Source of the DNA: Obrimoposthia wandeli
Lineage: Eukaryota
DNA: 64,000 bases
Direction of reading: 5' to 3'
Assembly: GCA_977020255.1 (NCBI GenBank)
Contig: CDROCS010000506.1
Coordinates: 3,472,001-3,536,000, forward strand
Part shown: in pieces, positions 1-10,033 of the stretch
Layout of the letters: each line of letters starts with the position of its first letter
How positions within the stretch are numbered: the first letter of the stretch is position 1
Made by a program: the position numbers and the translations under genes
Notes under the pieces: generated by a model
Told to the model about the DNA's origin: nothing
The model's database searches: none
The model's input: the letters and a program-made list of their open reading frames with translations, nothing else

Positions 1-2
1 CT

Positions 3-416
3 GCTGGTATGCCTGTTGGTGCAATCACGCGTGCTTTTGCTGCGATGGGTGATGACATCTCTTTATTACAATTTACCGATGAGCAAATCAAACAAGCAAA
101 CCGCGAATATCCACTGTGGACTAAATTCACGATTCCAGCCAATACCTACCCAAGCCAAAGCAAAGCGGTGACGACGATTGCGCAGCCTAATTTCTTAGCG
201 GTACGTGATGATGTGTCTGAAGAAGATGTTTATCTATTAACGAAAAATATCTATGAAAACCTACCGTTCTTAAACAGTATTCATAAAGCCACGAAAGCAA
301 TGGCGGTAGAAAAATCAATTAAAGGTCTGCCAGTACCATTACACCCAGGTGCTGTACGTTATTACCAAGAGATTGGCTTAACAATCCCTGCCGAGCTATT
401 ACCAACTGCACTGTAA
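3..416 (+). CDS. TAXI-family TRAP transporter solute-binding protein, C-terminal part (5' end outside window)
   Basis: The frame is open to the window edge. The C-terminus VPLHPGAVRYYQEIG and the segment VSEEDVYLLTKNIYEN are typical of TAXI receptors. It lies directly upstream of a fused TRAP permease. Confidence 0.85.
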   Translation, partial: AGMPVGAITRAFAAMGDDISLLQFTDEQIKQANREYPLWTKFTIPANTYPSQSKAVTTIAQPNFLAVRDDVSEEDVYLLTKNIYENLPFLNSIHKATKAMAVEKSIKGLPVPLHPGAVRYYQEIGLTIPAELLPTAL

Positions 417-443
417 CAGACGACGTTAAGTATTAATAAGAAG

Positions 444-467
444 GACTGCTGCCACGAGGTAGCAGTC
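444..467 (+). other. Intergenic stem-loop between solute-binding and permease genes
   Basis: GACTGCTGCC-ACGA-GGTAGCAGTC with no U tract. Probably stabilises the upstream mRNA (inference). Confidence 0.5.
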
Positions 468-482
468 AAAAAGGAATTTGTT

Positions 483-2606
483 ATGGACAAGCAAGTCGAA
501 GAAAAGTTAGAACAATTTGAATCTGCCACACGTACTGATTTCCCCTGGGTAACTGCGTTTATTTCTGCCTGCGGTGTGGTGTTATCTTTATTACATATCT
601 GGTTTAACACGTTTGCCACCATCCCTGAATTATGGGCTTCTGCTACTCACTTTGCTGGGTTTTCTGTTATTTGTGCGCTGTGGTATCCGGCGCATCGAAG
701 TCTAAAAAGCAGTAAGTTAGCACTCGGTGTTGATATTGTAATCGCCCTCGCGGCACTTGCTTGTTTAGCGTATATCCCTTTTGCTGAAGATGCCTTGTAT
801 GAACGTGGCGTGCGCTTTGTTACCAGTGATTGGGTGTTTTCGATTATGGCGATCATCATTGTATTAGAATTGATCCGCCGTACGATTGGCTGGTTTATTC
901 CTGTGTTAATTGTGATCTCATTAACGTATGTGGTGTGGTGGGGTCAGTTAGTACCCGGTATGTTCCATTTCCCAGGGTTAAGTTTAGAAACATTATTGTA
1001 TCGTAGTTTTTATAGCTCAGAAGGTATGTTTGGCGCCATCTCACGTATCAGCTGGAGCTTTGTGTTCATGTTTATTCTGTTTGGTGCTTTTCTGGTGCGA
1101 TCAGGGGTTGGTGATTACATCATTAACCTATCACGCGCGGCGGCAAACAAAGTCATTGGCGGGCCTGGCTTTATTGCGGTGCTAGCATCAGGTTTGATGG
1201 GCTCTGTATCAGGTTCGAGTGTGGCTAACACTGTATCGACAGGCGTTATTACCATTCCTCTTATGCGTAAAGCGGGTTTCCCTGCACGTTTTGCAGCAGG
1301 TGTTGAAGCGGCTGCATCAACGGGTGGGCAAATCATGCCACCTGTGATGGGCGCGGGCGCATTCATTATGGCTTCTTATACACAGGTGCCTTATGTGAGT
1401 ATTATCGCGGTATCCGTTGTACCTGCGTTGATTTATTTTTTGTCGGTGGCATTTTTCGTTCGTATCGAGGCCAAGCGCAGTAACATCCAACAAGTTAACG
1501 CGTCTGACGATTCCTTCTCAAAAGTGTTTCTAGCGGGTTGGTATAATTTAATTCCACTCGGGGTATTAGTATTCTTATTAGTCTCTGGGTTTACGCCGAC
1601 CTATTCAGCCGGCCTATCGATTATTTCAGTCGTTGTCGCATCTTGGTTATCACCCAACAAAATGGGCATCAGAGCGGTATTTGAAGCACTAGAGCAAGGT
1701 GCTAAAAATATGGCGACAACCGCGGTACTGCTGGTTGGTATTGGTCTGGTTGTTAATGTGATTAGTACCACGGGCGTGGGTAATACCTTTTCGTTAATGA
1801 TCAATGAATGGGCTGATGGTAGCTTGATGTTGATGTTAGTCTTGATCGCTCTGGCTTCATTAATCCTTGGCATGGGCTTACCCGTGACGGCGGCTTATAT
1901 TGTTTTAGGCACACTTTCAGCACCAGCGTTATATACATTACTCGCCGAGGCCCAGTTGGTGCAAATGCTAATGGATGGTCTGTTACCAGCGCAAGCACAC
2001 GGTATATTTATGCTGGCTGCTCCGGAACAAATGAGCGCATTAGCTCAACCAATGACGCAAATACAAGCTGAAAGTTTATTAAGCTTGGTACCGAGTGATT
2101 TCATGGGGACTTTGTTAGAGCAGGGGTTAGGAGCTGATAAGGTGATGCTTGCATTACTTTCTGCACACTTAATTATTTTTTGGTTATCACAAGACAGTAA
2201 TGTTACTCCGCCAGTTTGTTTAACGGCATTTGCTGCCGCCACTATCGCCGGTACACCACCAATGCGTACGGGTTTAACGGCATGGAAAATAGCCAAAGGT
2301 TTGTACTTAGTGCCGATACTGATGGCTTATACCTCGCTGGTGAGTTGGGATATGATGACTGTTATCACGGTGGGCTTTTTCGCTATCATAGGTACTTACG
2401 CATTTATTGCGGGTATTGAAGGTTACTTAGAAAGTGAGTTGAATATCTTCCTACGTGGATTTTCGTTATTACTTGGTTTAGCAATGACATGGCCAGATTT
2501 ACCCTTAGTATTAAGAGTGGTTGCGCTAGTGAGTTTCGTCGGCATGTTTGTTTACACTAATCGCCGTTATAAATCTGTTGTAACGACTGTTGCCGTAGCC
2601 GTTTAG
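483..2606 (+). CDS. TRAP transporter fused 4TM/12TM permease (TAXI type)
   Basis: 707-aa hydrophobic protein with motifs GSVSGSSVANT, EAAASTGGQIMPPVMGAGAF, LGMGLPVTAAY and SNVTPPVCL. Confidence 0.93.
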   Translation: MDKQVEEKLEQFESATRTDFPWVTAFISACGVVLSLLHIWFNTFATIPELWASATHFAGFSVICALWYPAHRSLKSSKLALGVDIVIALAALACLAYIPFAEDALYERGVRFVTSDWVFSIMAIIIVLELIRRTIGWFIPVLIVISLTYVVWWGQLVPGMFHFPGLSLETLLYRSFYSSEGMFGAISRISWSFVFMFILFGAFLVRSGVGDYIINLSRAAANKVIGGPGFIAVLASGLMGSVSGSSVANTVSTGVITIPLMRKAGFPARFAAGVEAAASTGGQIMPPVMGAGAFIMASYTQVPYVSIIAVSVVPALIYFLSVAFFVRIEAKRSNIQQVNASDDSFSKVFLAGWYNLIPLGVLVFLLVSGFTPTYSAGLSIISVVVASWLSPNKMGIRAVFEALEQGAKNMATTAVLLVGIGLVVNVISTTGVGNTFSLMINEWADGSLMLMLVLIALASLILGMGLPVTAAYIVLGTLSAPALYTLLAEAQLVQMLMDGLLPAQAHGIFMLAAPEQMSALAQPMTQIQAESLLSLVPSDFMGTLLEQGLGADKVMLALLSAHLIIFWLSQDSNVTPPVCLTAFAAATIAGTPPMRTGLTAWKIAKGLYLVPILMAYTSLVSWDMMTVITVGFFAIIGTYAFIAGIEGYLESELNIFLRGFSLLLGLAMTWPDLPLVLRVVALVSFVGMFVYTNRRYKSVVTTVAVAV

Positions 2607-2620
2607 TAAGGATAATGAAA

Positions 2621-3901
2621 ATGACTTTAACTACATCGAATCTTGATGGTAATGGCATCGATAAGAATGACTATGATTATATTATTATTGGTGGTGGAAT
2701 TGTTGGTGTTTCAACGGCTTGGCAGTTGCAACAACGAGAACCGGAAAAACGTATATTATTAATCGAAAAAGAAAGTAAGTTATCGCAACATCAAACCGGT
2801 CATAACAGTGGGGTGATCCATGCTGGGGTTTATTATGAACCTGGCAGTATGAAAGCTAATTTCTGTAAAGCTGGAGTGGCGGCGACGAAAGCGTTTTGTG
2901 CTAAGCATGATATTCCCGTTGAAAACTGCGGCAAACTGCTGGTGGCCACGAATGCACTTGAGTTACAACGTATGGAAGCACTGTATAAACGTTGTCGCGA
3001 TAATGGCATTGACGTTGAATTATTAGATGCTGCAGGCCTTGCTGAAAAAGAGCCTAACATTACTGGATTAGGCGCAATATTGGTGCCTTCTACCAGTATT
3101 GTTAATTACAGTTTAGTCACCGAAAAAATGGCTGAAGCATTTTGTGCGCTCGGTGGCGAAATAGCCTTAGAAACTGAAGTGACGCACTTAATTGAAAACA
3201 GTGAACATATCGATGTGCAATGCCAGCAAAAGGCACCGTTAGGTCATTCGTTCAAAGGCCTCAGTTATGTCGCTAAATTCTTAATTACCTGTTCTGGCTT
3301 AATGGCCGATCGCGTGACTAAGATGCTGAATATTGATACTGAATTTCAAATCATTCCTTATCGCGGTGAATACTACCGTTTGCAGTCTCAGCATAACAAT
3401 ATTGTTAATCACCTTATTTATCCCATACCTGATCCTGAACTGCCATTTTTGGGTGTACATTTAACCCGTATGATCGACGGTTCGGTGACGGTTGGTCCTA
3501 ATGCTGTCCAAGGTTGGAAGCGAGAAGGGTATGGCAAAGTAAACATTGATTTACGCGATATTGGCGACATGCTTAAGTTTGCTGGTTTTTGGCGTGTGAG
3601 CGCTAAGAATTTAAAAACTGGCTTAATTGAAACCAAGAATTCGTGGTGGAAACCGGGTTATTTGAAGTTGGTTAATAAATATTGTCCAACGTTGAAAGTC
3701 TCTGATTTAGAACATTATCCAGCGGGTATTCGCGCGCAAGCTGTATTGAAAGATGGCAGCTTGGTGCACGATTTCTTATTTGCTGAGAGCCCGCGCAGTT
3801 TACATGTTTGTAATGCGCCATCACCTGCCGCAACGTCTGCGATCCCCATTGGTGATTACATTTGTAATAAAGTGCATGAGAAGCATTTAATGCCGACTTA
3901 G
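2621..3901 (+). CDS. lhgO: L-2-hydroxyglutarate oxidase
   Basis: FAD-binding IIGGGIVG, HQTGHNSGVIHAGVYY, PFLGVHLTRMIDG and CNAPSPAATSAIPIG. Start placed at ATG 2621 by spacing from AAGGA; the track start is 2615. Confidence 0.92.
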   Translation: MTLTTSNLDGNGIDKNDYDYIIIGGGIVGVSTAWQLQQREPEKRILLIEKESKLSQHQTGHNSGVIHAGVYYEPGSMKANFCKAGVAATKAFCAKHDIPVENCGKLLVATNALELQRMEALYKRCRDNGIDVELLDAAGLAEKEPNITGLGAILVPSTSIVNYSLVTEKMAEAFCALGGEIALETEVTHLIENSEHIDVQCQQKAPLGHSFKGLSYVAKFLITCSGLMADRVTKMLNIDTEFQIIPYRGEYYRLQSQHNNIVNHLIYPIPDPELPFLGVHLTRMIDGSVTVGPNAVQGWKREGYGKVNIDLRDIGDMLKFAGFWRVSAKNLKTGLIETKNSWWKPGYLKLVNKYCPTLKVSDLEHYPAGIRAQAVLKDGSLVHDFLFAESPRSLHVCNAPSPAATSAIPIGDYICNKVHEKHLMPT

Positions 3902-3970
3902 ATGTAAATTAAATCGAGTAGATAAAGTCGTGTTTTAAGTTCAGCTCTTACCCTGCTGGAGGGATTTTAA

Positions 3971-4023
3971 TAGCGATGTACCTTAAGTATAATAAAATAT
4001 ATTATATTTAAGGTACATCGCTA
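3971..4023. repeat. 53-bp near-perfect palindrome (24-bp arms, 5-nt loop)
   Basis: TAGCGATGTACCTTAAGTATAATA-AAATA-TATTATATTTAAGGTACATCGCTA, with one G-T mismatch. Confidence 0.9.
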
Positions 4024-4042
4024 CTCATGAACGGAATCTATT

Positions 4043-5068
4043 TTGCAACGATTAAACTATAAAATCCTCTCTTTAGTGTCTTTCTTTTTTTCTTTTAGTT
4101 CTCAATTACAAGCAGCGACAGAAAGTGACTGTATTAACAATCAAGTCGCGCATAGTGCTGCAGAAGTAACATTAGGGGAAATCAGGGCTATATGTAAGGC
4201 GCAAAGTAGTCTTGAAGAAGACGGTTCGGTCATTATTTATGGTAAAAAAGTGCAAGCGGGTTTGATGACAAAACGAGTGGTTGAAGAGCGTCAACATGAT
4301 ACTTCTGAATTTGTACTTACGCCGCACAGAATGAATTATATTTTACCTGTTTATTCCACCAATCAAATTAACCCTGAAGTTTACCGTAATCTAGATGCCA
4401 GTGATGAAGGCTATAAAGAAGTCGAGGCTAAATTTCAATTAAGCCTGAAACTGCCATTAAGCTATCACTCTTTATTGTTTGACGGCGATCGTATCTATGC
4501 TGGTTTCACCGTCGAGGCCTGGTGGCAAGTGTATGCGGATGACATTTCTAGCCCTTTCAGAGAAACTAATTATAGACCTGAAGTCTTTTATGTTACACCA
4601 CTAGATTGGCATCCTAATGACGCGAATACGGCGATGACTGTCGGATTCGAACATCAATCGAATGGCCGTTCAGGAACCGCGTCTCGTTCATGGAATCGTG
4701 TTTATAGCGAATTTACTTATGAGAAGGGTAATCTGGTTTGGAGTATTAGACCTTGGTATCGTATACCTGAAGATGCTAAAACAGATCCGAATAGCCCGAG
4801 TGGAGATGATAACCCGGACATTACTGATTACATGGGGCATGTTGAATACGCGGTCGGTTATGCTTTTGGAAAGTATGAATTGAGTACTGAAATACGTCAG
4901 AATTTTGCAACCAGTAAAGGCGCTGTGAAGGTGAATTTAACGACGCCTTTATATGGCAAACTAAAAGGTTATTTCACAGTATTTAATGGCTATGGTGAAA
5001 GTCTGATTGATTATAATCACAGTCAGACGCGTTTCGGTATCGGAGTCGCGCTTAATAACATGTTTTAA
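4043..5068 (+). CDS. pldA: Outer-membrane phospholipase A (OMPLA)
   Basis: Signal peptide, SPFRETNYRPE, catalytic HQSNGRS, SRSWNR, YGESLIDYNH and a terminal Phe. Confidence 0.92.
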   Translation: MQRLNYKILSLVSFFFSFSSQLQAATESDCINNQVAHSAAEVTLGEIRAICKAQSSLEEDGSVIIYGKKVQAGLMTKRVVEERQHDTSEFVLTPHRMNYILPVYSTNQINPEVYRNLDASDEGYKEVEAKFQLSLKLPLSYHSLLFDGDRIYAGFTVEAWWQVYADDISSPFRETNYRPEVFYVTPLDWHPNDANTAMTVGFEHQSNGRSGTASRSWNRVYSEFTYEKGNLVWSIRPWYRIPEDAKTDPNSPSGDDNPDITDYMGHVEYAVGYAFGKYELSTEIRQNFATSKGAVKVNLTTPLYGKLKGYFTVFNGYGESLIDYNHSQTRFGIGVALNNMF

Positions 5069-5109
5069 CACGGGGCCCGTGTTCAGTAGTCGCTTTTATG
5101 ACTTATGAC

Positions 5110-7182
5110 TTATGATGAATGATGGCGATTGGCCTGAAGCGTCAGGGTAAATGTCATTCCAGCTTGCTGCTGATTATTATGTGCGAATATCTCGCCTTGC
5201 ATATCGCGCATAATATTGGCAGTGATAGCCAAACCTAGTCCTAATCCCTCGCCAATCTTCTTGCTGGTATAAAAAGGTTCGAATAAGTGGGTCAATGCCG
5301 CTTCATCGACGCCGGACCCATTATCTATAACATTGATGTGTATGTTGTCTTTATCCATGCGTGCGCTGATCAGCAATGTCGGTTGTGACGTTTGCTTTAG
5401 TGCTGCCGCGGCATTACTGATTAGGTTAGAAAACACTTGGTGTAATCGATGTGGCTCAGCTAATACCTGTGGTAATGCATCCGGTATATCCAGCGTGATG
5501 GTTATGTTGGTGAGTTGGGGTTGCTGTAGTATAAATACTTCGCTCAACACCTCTGTTATTGATGTAGCAATTAAGCGTTCTGGGCGATTAAAGGCGAACA
5601 CTTTAAGCTGCGCTGTCATCGATAGCATACGCTTCACTAGCTTATCGATTAAAGCCATGTTGGAACGCAACACTTTGGTATTTCCTTGATCCAAAAACAG
5701 CAGGTTGCTGGATAATAAGGTTCTAATACCTGTCAAAGGCTGGTTTAGTTCATGGTTTATAGCGCTAGACATACGCCCGAGCGCAGCCATTTTACTGCTT
5801 AATAATAACTCTTCTTGCGCGGCATATAGTTTTGCTGTGGTTTCTTGTACTCGGGTTTCGAGTTGCTCATTTGCTTGTGACAGAGCACGTTCAGCGCGTT
5901 TACGTTTACTGATATCAACAAATGTCATCAGCGAACCACGTCGTTGTGACCAGGCTAGTGGCGTAATGGATAATAAAGCAGGGAAGTCATCACCGTGATG
6001 ATTATGAGCAAACACTTCAATGCCTGTGAAAGTTGGCGTGATTAACAGGTCATTTAGTTGGCTCACAACAGCTTCGTTGTCTTGGTGCTCGGTCAGTAAT
6101 TGGCTGGCATACAGCTTATGATTCTTGTCATTCTTATCATTTTTATCAAAGTTGTCATTACTTAATCCAAAGTAGCGCATTGCTGTTGGGTTGATATAGC
6201 TGATGCTGCGATCATTATTAAGTAATACTAATCCGACGTTGGTACCTGCAATCATCTGTTTTAATGCGGCGTGAGAATAAAGCTTTTGCTTACGTTCATA
6301 ACGATATAGCAGTACAGACAGTAACAGTGACATTAATATAGCGGAAATAAATCCTGCCACATTCACTTTTCGATAGAGGTCATTTAATGGCGTTAGGTAG
6401 TAAATATGCCATCTTAGATCGTCTAGCTGCACTTGTTGTACTTGATAATCACGGTTAGCTATCGTCCAGTTGTAGATGTTGGCGTTATTACTGAGCTCAT
6501 GTGTGGTGATGTCAGCTGTGCCTAAGCGGTTAATTTCTGTCGCCGATATCTCTGGGTGGCTAGAGAGAAAGAATTTATTTTTAGCATTACTGATGAGGAT
6601 GAAATCGTTTTCTGCCAACCAAGGATCACTTAATGCGGTTAAGTCTACTTCGATGACGGCAATTCCGATTAATTTACCTTGGTGGTTTATCGGCAAGCTT
6701 AAGTAATAATTGGCGATGCCATTGGAAATATAACTGGAGGTAAGCACACCTCTGTCGTTATCTAATTCACCGTATTGATTGCGTAAATTGGTGGTAATGT
6801 TCTGGGCTTTGTTGAGATCCCACTTGGTATTATGGCGGCTTGATACTAACAAGGAACCATCTGGCTTGAGCAGGTACCAGCCTTTGGTATTGGCGGCTTT
6901 ATCAAATTGGGTAAGCGTTTGCTGGATCTGCGTTGTCGGTGCCTGTGAATTAGTCAGGACAGTAATAACGTTTTTTTGCTCTGTGATCAGGTAAGGGAGG
7001 TACTTGTAACTTGCGAGTACACGCCTTATATCGACAACATAAGTGAGCAGTTGGTTTTCTGCTTGTTCACGGTTGGAATCTAATAGCCAATCTCGGCATA
7101 TTTCGCGGACGCTAAAGGTTGTGATGACTACGCTGCAAAGGATGACTGCAACTATGATTTTAAATTTGTTCGACACCGACAC
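5110..7182 (-). CDS. DctB-like sensor histidine kinase (periplasmic sensor, PAS, HisKA, HATPase)
   Basis: Two TM segments, KMAALGRMSSAINHELNQPL H-box, NLISNA, DNGSGV, LFEPFYTSK and GLGLGL. Confidence 0.85.
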   Translation of the reverse strand: MSVSNKFKIIVAVILCSVVITTFSVREICRDWLLDSNREQAENQLLTYVVDIRRVLASYKYLPYLITEQKNVITVLTNSQAPTTQIQQTLTQFDKAANTKGWYLLKPDGSLLVSSRHNTKWDLNKAQNITTNLRNQYGELDNDRGVLTSSYISNGIANYYLSLPINHQGKLIGIAVIEVDLTALSDPWLAENDFILISNAKNKFFLSSHPEISATEINRLGTADITTHELSNNANIYNWTIANRDYQVQQVQLDDLRWHIYYLTPLNDLYRKVNVAGFISAILMSLLLSVLLYRYERKQKLYSHAALKQMIAGTNVGLVLLNNDRSISYINPTAMRYFGLSNDNFDKNDKNDKNHKLYASQLLTEHQDNEAVVSQLNDLLITPTFTGIEVFAHNHHGDDFPALLSITPLAWSQRRGSLMTFVDISKRKRAERALSQANEQLETRVQETTAKLYAAQEELLLSSKMAALGRMSSAINHELNQPLTGIRTLLSSNLLFLDQGNTKVLRSNMALIDKLVKRMLSMTAQLKVFAFNRPERLIATSITEVLSEVFILQQPQLTNITITLDIPDALPQVLAEPHRLHQVFSNLISNAAAALKQTSQPTLLISARMDKDNIHINVIDNGSGVDEAALTHLFEPFYTSKKIGEGLGLGLAITANIMRDMQGEIFAHNNQQQAGMTFTLTLQANRHHSS

Positions 7183-7220
7183 ACCGCTGAAATAAAGTTA
7201 ATAATAAAAGAGTAGCTACA

Positions 7221-7293
7221 AGATAGTTGGTAACAGATAGCTAGTTGCAAGAGAGCTAGTTACAGAGAGTTAGTTATAGGGAGTTAAGTTAAC
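7221..7293. repeat. Degenerate ~14-bp tandem array (about 5 copies)
   Basis: AGATAGTTGGTAAC / AGATAGCTAGTTGCA / AGAGAGCTAGTTAC / AGAGAGTTAGTTAT / AGGGAGTTAAGTTAAC. Confidence 0.7.
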
Positions 7294-7481
7294 AAATTCT
7301 GGCTAATAAAACTGACTTTGTAATCACATTACACCTTATTAATCGCTTATTTTTGGATATTAATATGACGTAATTTAGTTGGGATTTATCAGTTTAAGTA
7401 TATAGTGGACTATCTTATTTGAGCTATTGATGATCCTAGCTATTTATTATCAGTGGCCGATGCTGTTGGAGAAATGACAAA

Positions 7482-8345
7482 GTGAAAATGATTTCCGGTC
7501 TTAGCGACATTATTAACGATTTTGATACCTTTATCTTAGATCAATGGGGCGTGCTGCATAATGGCGGTGATGCCTTTCCTAACGCAGTTGCGACATTAGA
7601 ATATTTACAGCAACACAACAAAAAAGTAGTGATCTTATCGAACAGTGGTAATACTCACCATTTCTCTTATCAGCGTTTAACTGATTCCGGTATTAGTCGC
7701 GATCTGTATATTGATGTGCTGACATCGGGTGATCACATGCGCCATAATTTCAAGCAAGGTAAATTTGATCATTTAGGGTCGAATGCCTTGGTGTTTGGCT
7801 GGGGCGAGGGGATCAACGGTACTGTGTTAGCTGATTGCGGTTTAACCAGTGTGGCGATTGAAGATGCATCATTTATCATGTGTTATGGCGTCGAACGTGG
7901 CACGGTTGCTGATTATCAAACAGATTTGGATATTGCACTTTCTCGTGGTTTAGAAATGGTCGTGAGCAATCCTGATTTAGTGGCGATGCGACCGGATGGT
8001 GGCTTAAATTTATGCCCAGGTTCTATTGCCACTGTGTATGCAGCAATGGGTGGTAAGGTACATTGGCACGGTAAACCACAAGCGGAAGTGTATGCGATGT
8101 GTCATACCCTGTTAGGCGGTTGGGATAATGCCATTGCTGTCGGTGATAGTTTAGAGCATGACATCCGCGGCGCGAATACAGCAGGTATATCTAGTTTGTT
8201 TTTAACCACGGGTATTCATGCTGATGATCTGAGCGCGAAAATGACCAATAAAGACGATGTGATTAGCGCGTCTGTGGTCGCTGATTTAAGCCGTGAGTTT
8301 GACGTAATGCCAAGCCATTATATTGATTGGTTTCAAGTCGATTAA
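7482..8345 (+). CDS. HAD-superfamily subfamily IIA hydrolase (TIGR01459-like)
   Basis: FILDQWGVLHNG, ILSNSG, SNPDLV, HGKP and VGDSLEHDIRGA. Confidence 0.85.
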   Translation: MKMISGLSDIINDFDTFILDQWGVLHNGGDAFPNAVATLEYLQQHNKKVVILSNSGNTHHFSYQRLTDSGISRDLYIDVLTSGDHMRHNFKQGKFDHLGSNALVFGWGEGINGTVLADCGLTSVAIEDASFIMCYGVERGTVADYQTDLDIALSRGLEMVVSNPDLVAMRPDGGLNLCPGSIATVYAAMGGKVHWHGKPQAEVYAMCHTLLGGWDNAIAVGDSLEHDIRGANTAGISSLFLTTGIHADDLSAKMTNKDDVISASVVADLSREFDVMPSHYIDWFQVD

Positions 8346-8481
8346 TTGATGTTTATGGTTTGTGCATTCAAATTTCAGCAGGTAATCTCTTAGTTAACTA
8401 TTAGACTATATCTAAATGGGTAAGCCTTAAGTAGGTAATACTTGTAAAGGGAAGGTCTAAAAAATAACTAAGGGGGTACTG

Positions 8482-9723
8482 ATGGAATTGGACGTAAGAC
8501 AAACTGTGATTGTGGCGATTTTGGTGCTGTTTATAGGTAAGTTCCTGACACGCAAAGTCGCTTTTTTACAAGAATATAATATCCCCGAGCCAGTTTCTGG
8601 CGGCTTAATTGCGTCTATTGTTTTTGCTATTATTTATGGCGCATTTGATATTGAATTACAATTTTCATTAGCGGTGCGAGATACGTTATTGATTGTGTTC
8701 TTCACTATTATTGGCTTGTCCTCACGATTCTCAACGCTGCTTAAAGGCGGTAAACCGTTAATTATCTTACTGGTGATCGCGGTCATTTATTTGTTCTTGC
8801 AAAACTTCACAGGCTTAACCGTTGCACAGTTTACCCAGCAATTACCGGAAGTCGGTATTATTGGTGGTTCAGTGTCGCTTAGTGGTGGGCACGGGACTGC
8901 GATTGCCTGGGCGCCGCTGTTTGTCGAGAAATATAATATCAGTAACGCGATGGAAATTGGTATTGCGTGTGCGACCTTTGGCCTGATCCTTGGCGGTGTT
9001 ATTGGTGGTCCGATTGCTAAATATTTAATCAGCCATTATAAGCTAGAACCGAGTAAAGAACCTGAGCTGACAGTGGGTACTCTACATCAGGCTACGCAGC
9101 ATCAAGCTAAGCAGACTAAACAAATACAGGCGAACACTGCAGCACCGATTGATTATCACCATATGCTTAATTCGATATTGATTATCAGTATCAGTATTGG
9201 CTTAGGACTCGGGCTTAATGTCATTATCGGCAACCTAGGCTTACATTTACCTGAGTTTGTTACTTGCTTGTTTGCTGGCATTATCGTCATCAATTTAGGC
9301 CCGTTAATATTACCTAAGTTGACGTGGCCTGAGCGCAGTCGTTCGTTAGCTTTAATTTCTGACTTGAGTTTGGGCTTGTTTCTCGCCATGTCATTAATGA
9401 GTTTACAGCTGTGGACATTAGGCGGGCTAGGTGGGCCAATATTAATCATGCTTGCTGCGCAGGTACTGATTGTGACTGGCTTTGTTATCTTTGTGGTCTT
9501 CCCGCTAATGGGTAAAGATTATGATGCAGCTGTGATGTCAGCTGGTTATGCGGGATTGGCGTTAGGCGCAACGCCGACAGCTATTGCGAATATGACAGCA
9601 GTAACCGAGAAGTTTGGTGCCTCGGCAAAAGCCTTTGTCGTTGTACCGCTGGTGGGCGCATTTTTTATTGATATTGCCAATGCCCTGATTATTCAATTTT
9701 TGTTGGATATCTTTGCGTCGTAG
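8482..9723 (+). CDS. gltS: Sodium/glutamate symporter
   Basis: NIPEPVSGG, LSGGHGTAIAW, GLALGATPTAIANM and FVVVPLVGAFFID. Confidence 0.9.
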   Translation: MELDVRQTVIVAILVLFIGKFLTRKVAFLQEYNIPEPVSGGLIASIVFAIIYGAFDIELQFSLAVRDTLLIVFFTIIGLSSRFSTLLKGGKPLIILLVIAVIYLFLQNFTGLTVAQFTQQLPEVGIIGGSVSLSGGHGTAIAWAPLFVEKYNISNAMEIGIACATFGLILGGVIGGPIAKYLISHYKLEPSKEPELTVGTLHQATQHQAKQTKQIQANTAAPIDYHHMLNSILIISISIGLGLGLNVIIGNLGLHLPEFVTCLFAGIIVINLGPLILPKLTWPERSRSLALISDLSLGLFLAMSLMSLQLWTLGGLGGPILIMLAAQVLIVTGFVIFVVFPLMGKDYDAAVMSAGYAGLALGATPTAIANMTAVTEKFGASAKAFVVVPLVGAFFIDIANALIIQFLLDIFAS

Positions 9724-9737
9724 CTAGATAGCAGGGT

Positions 9738-9914
9738 TTATAAGTGTTTCTCTGTTTCTGCTATCAGATTTCTTATACGTCTGGATTTGTCGTCGTTAAT
9801 ATGGGGTAGATGGGGTTCGAGGCTAACTTGTTTAACTTTTTCAAGTGCTTGGATCACTTCTTCTTTGGCTTTATCTAGGCTTTCTTTACTTGGCGTATTC
9901 ATAGTGCTTAACAT
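9738..9914 (-). CDS. Putative small helical protein, 58 aa (not in ORF track)
   Basis: Hand translation: MLSTMNTPSKESLDKAKEEVIQALEKVKQVSLEPHLPHINDDKSRRIRNLIAETEKHL. No clear Shine-Dalgarno; alternative start at 9902. Confidence 0.4.
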   Translation of the reverse strand: MLSTMNTPSKESLDKAKEEVIQALEKVKQVSLEPHLPHINDDKSRRIRNLIAETEKHL

Positions 9915-10033
9915 GTTGTTTAGGGTCTTTTATTTAACAATATAAACGCACATGCTTTCAATAATAATGCACTAAGATAACGTTGATATTTCTTTTGCCT
10001 TTCTTATTTCCCTTATTTTTTCTTCTTTTTTTA

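Noticed and set aside
7221-7293. Tandem arrays (also 32894 and 62579) as CRISPR remnants
   Set aside because: The units are 12-20 bp and directly adjacent, with no unique spacers and no cas genes.
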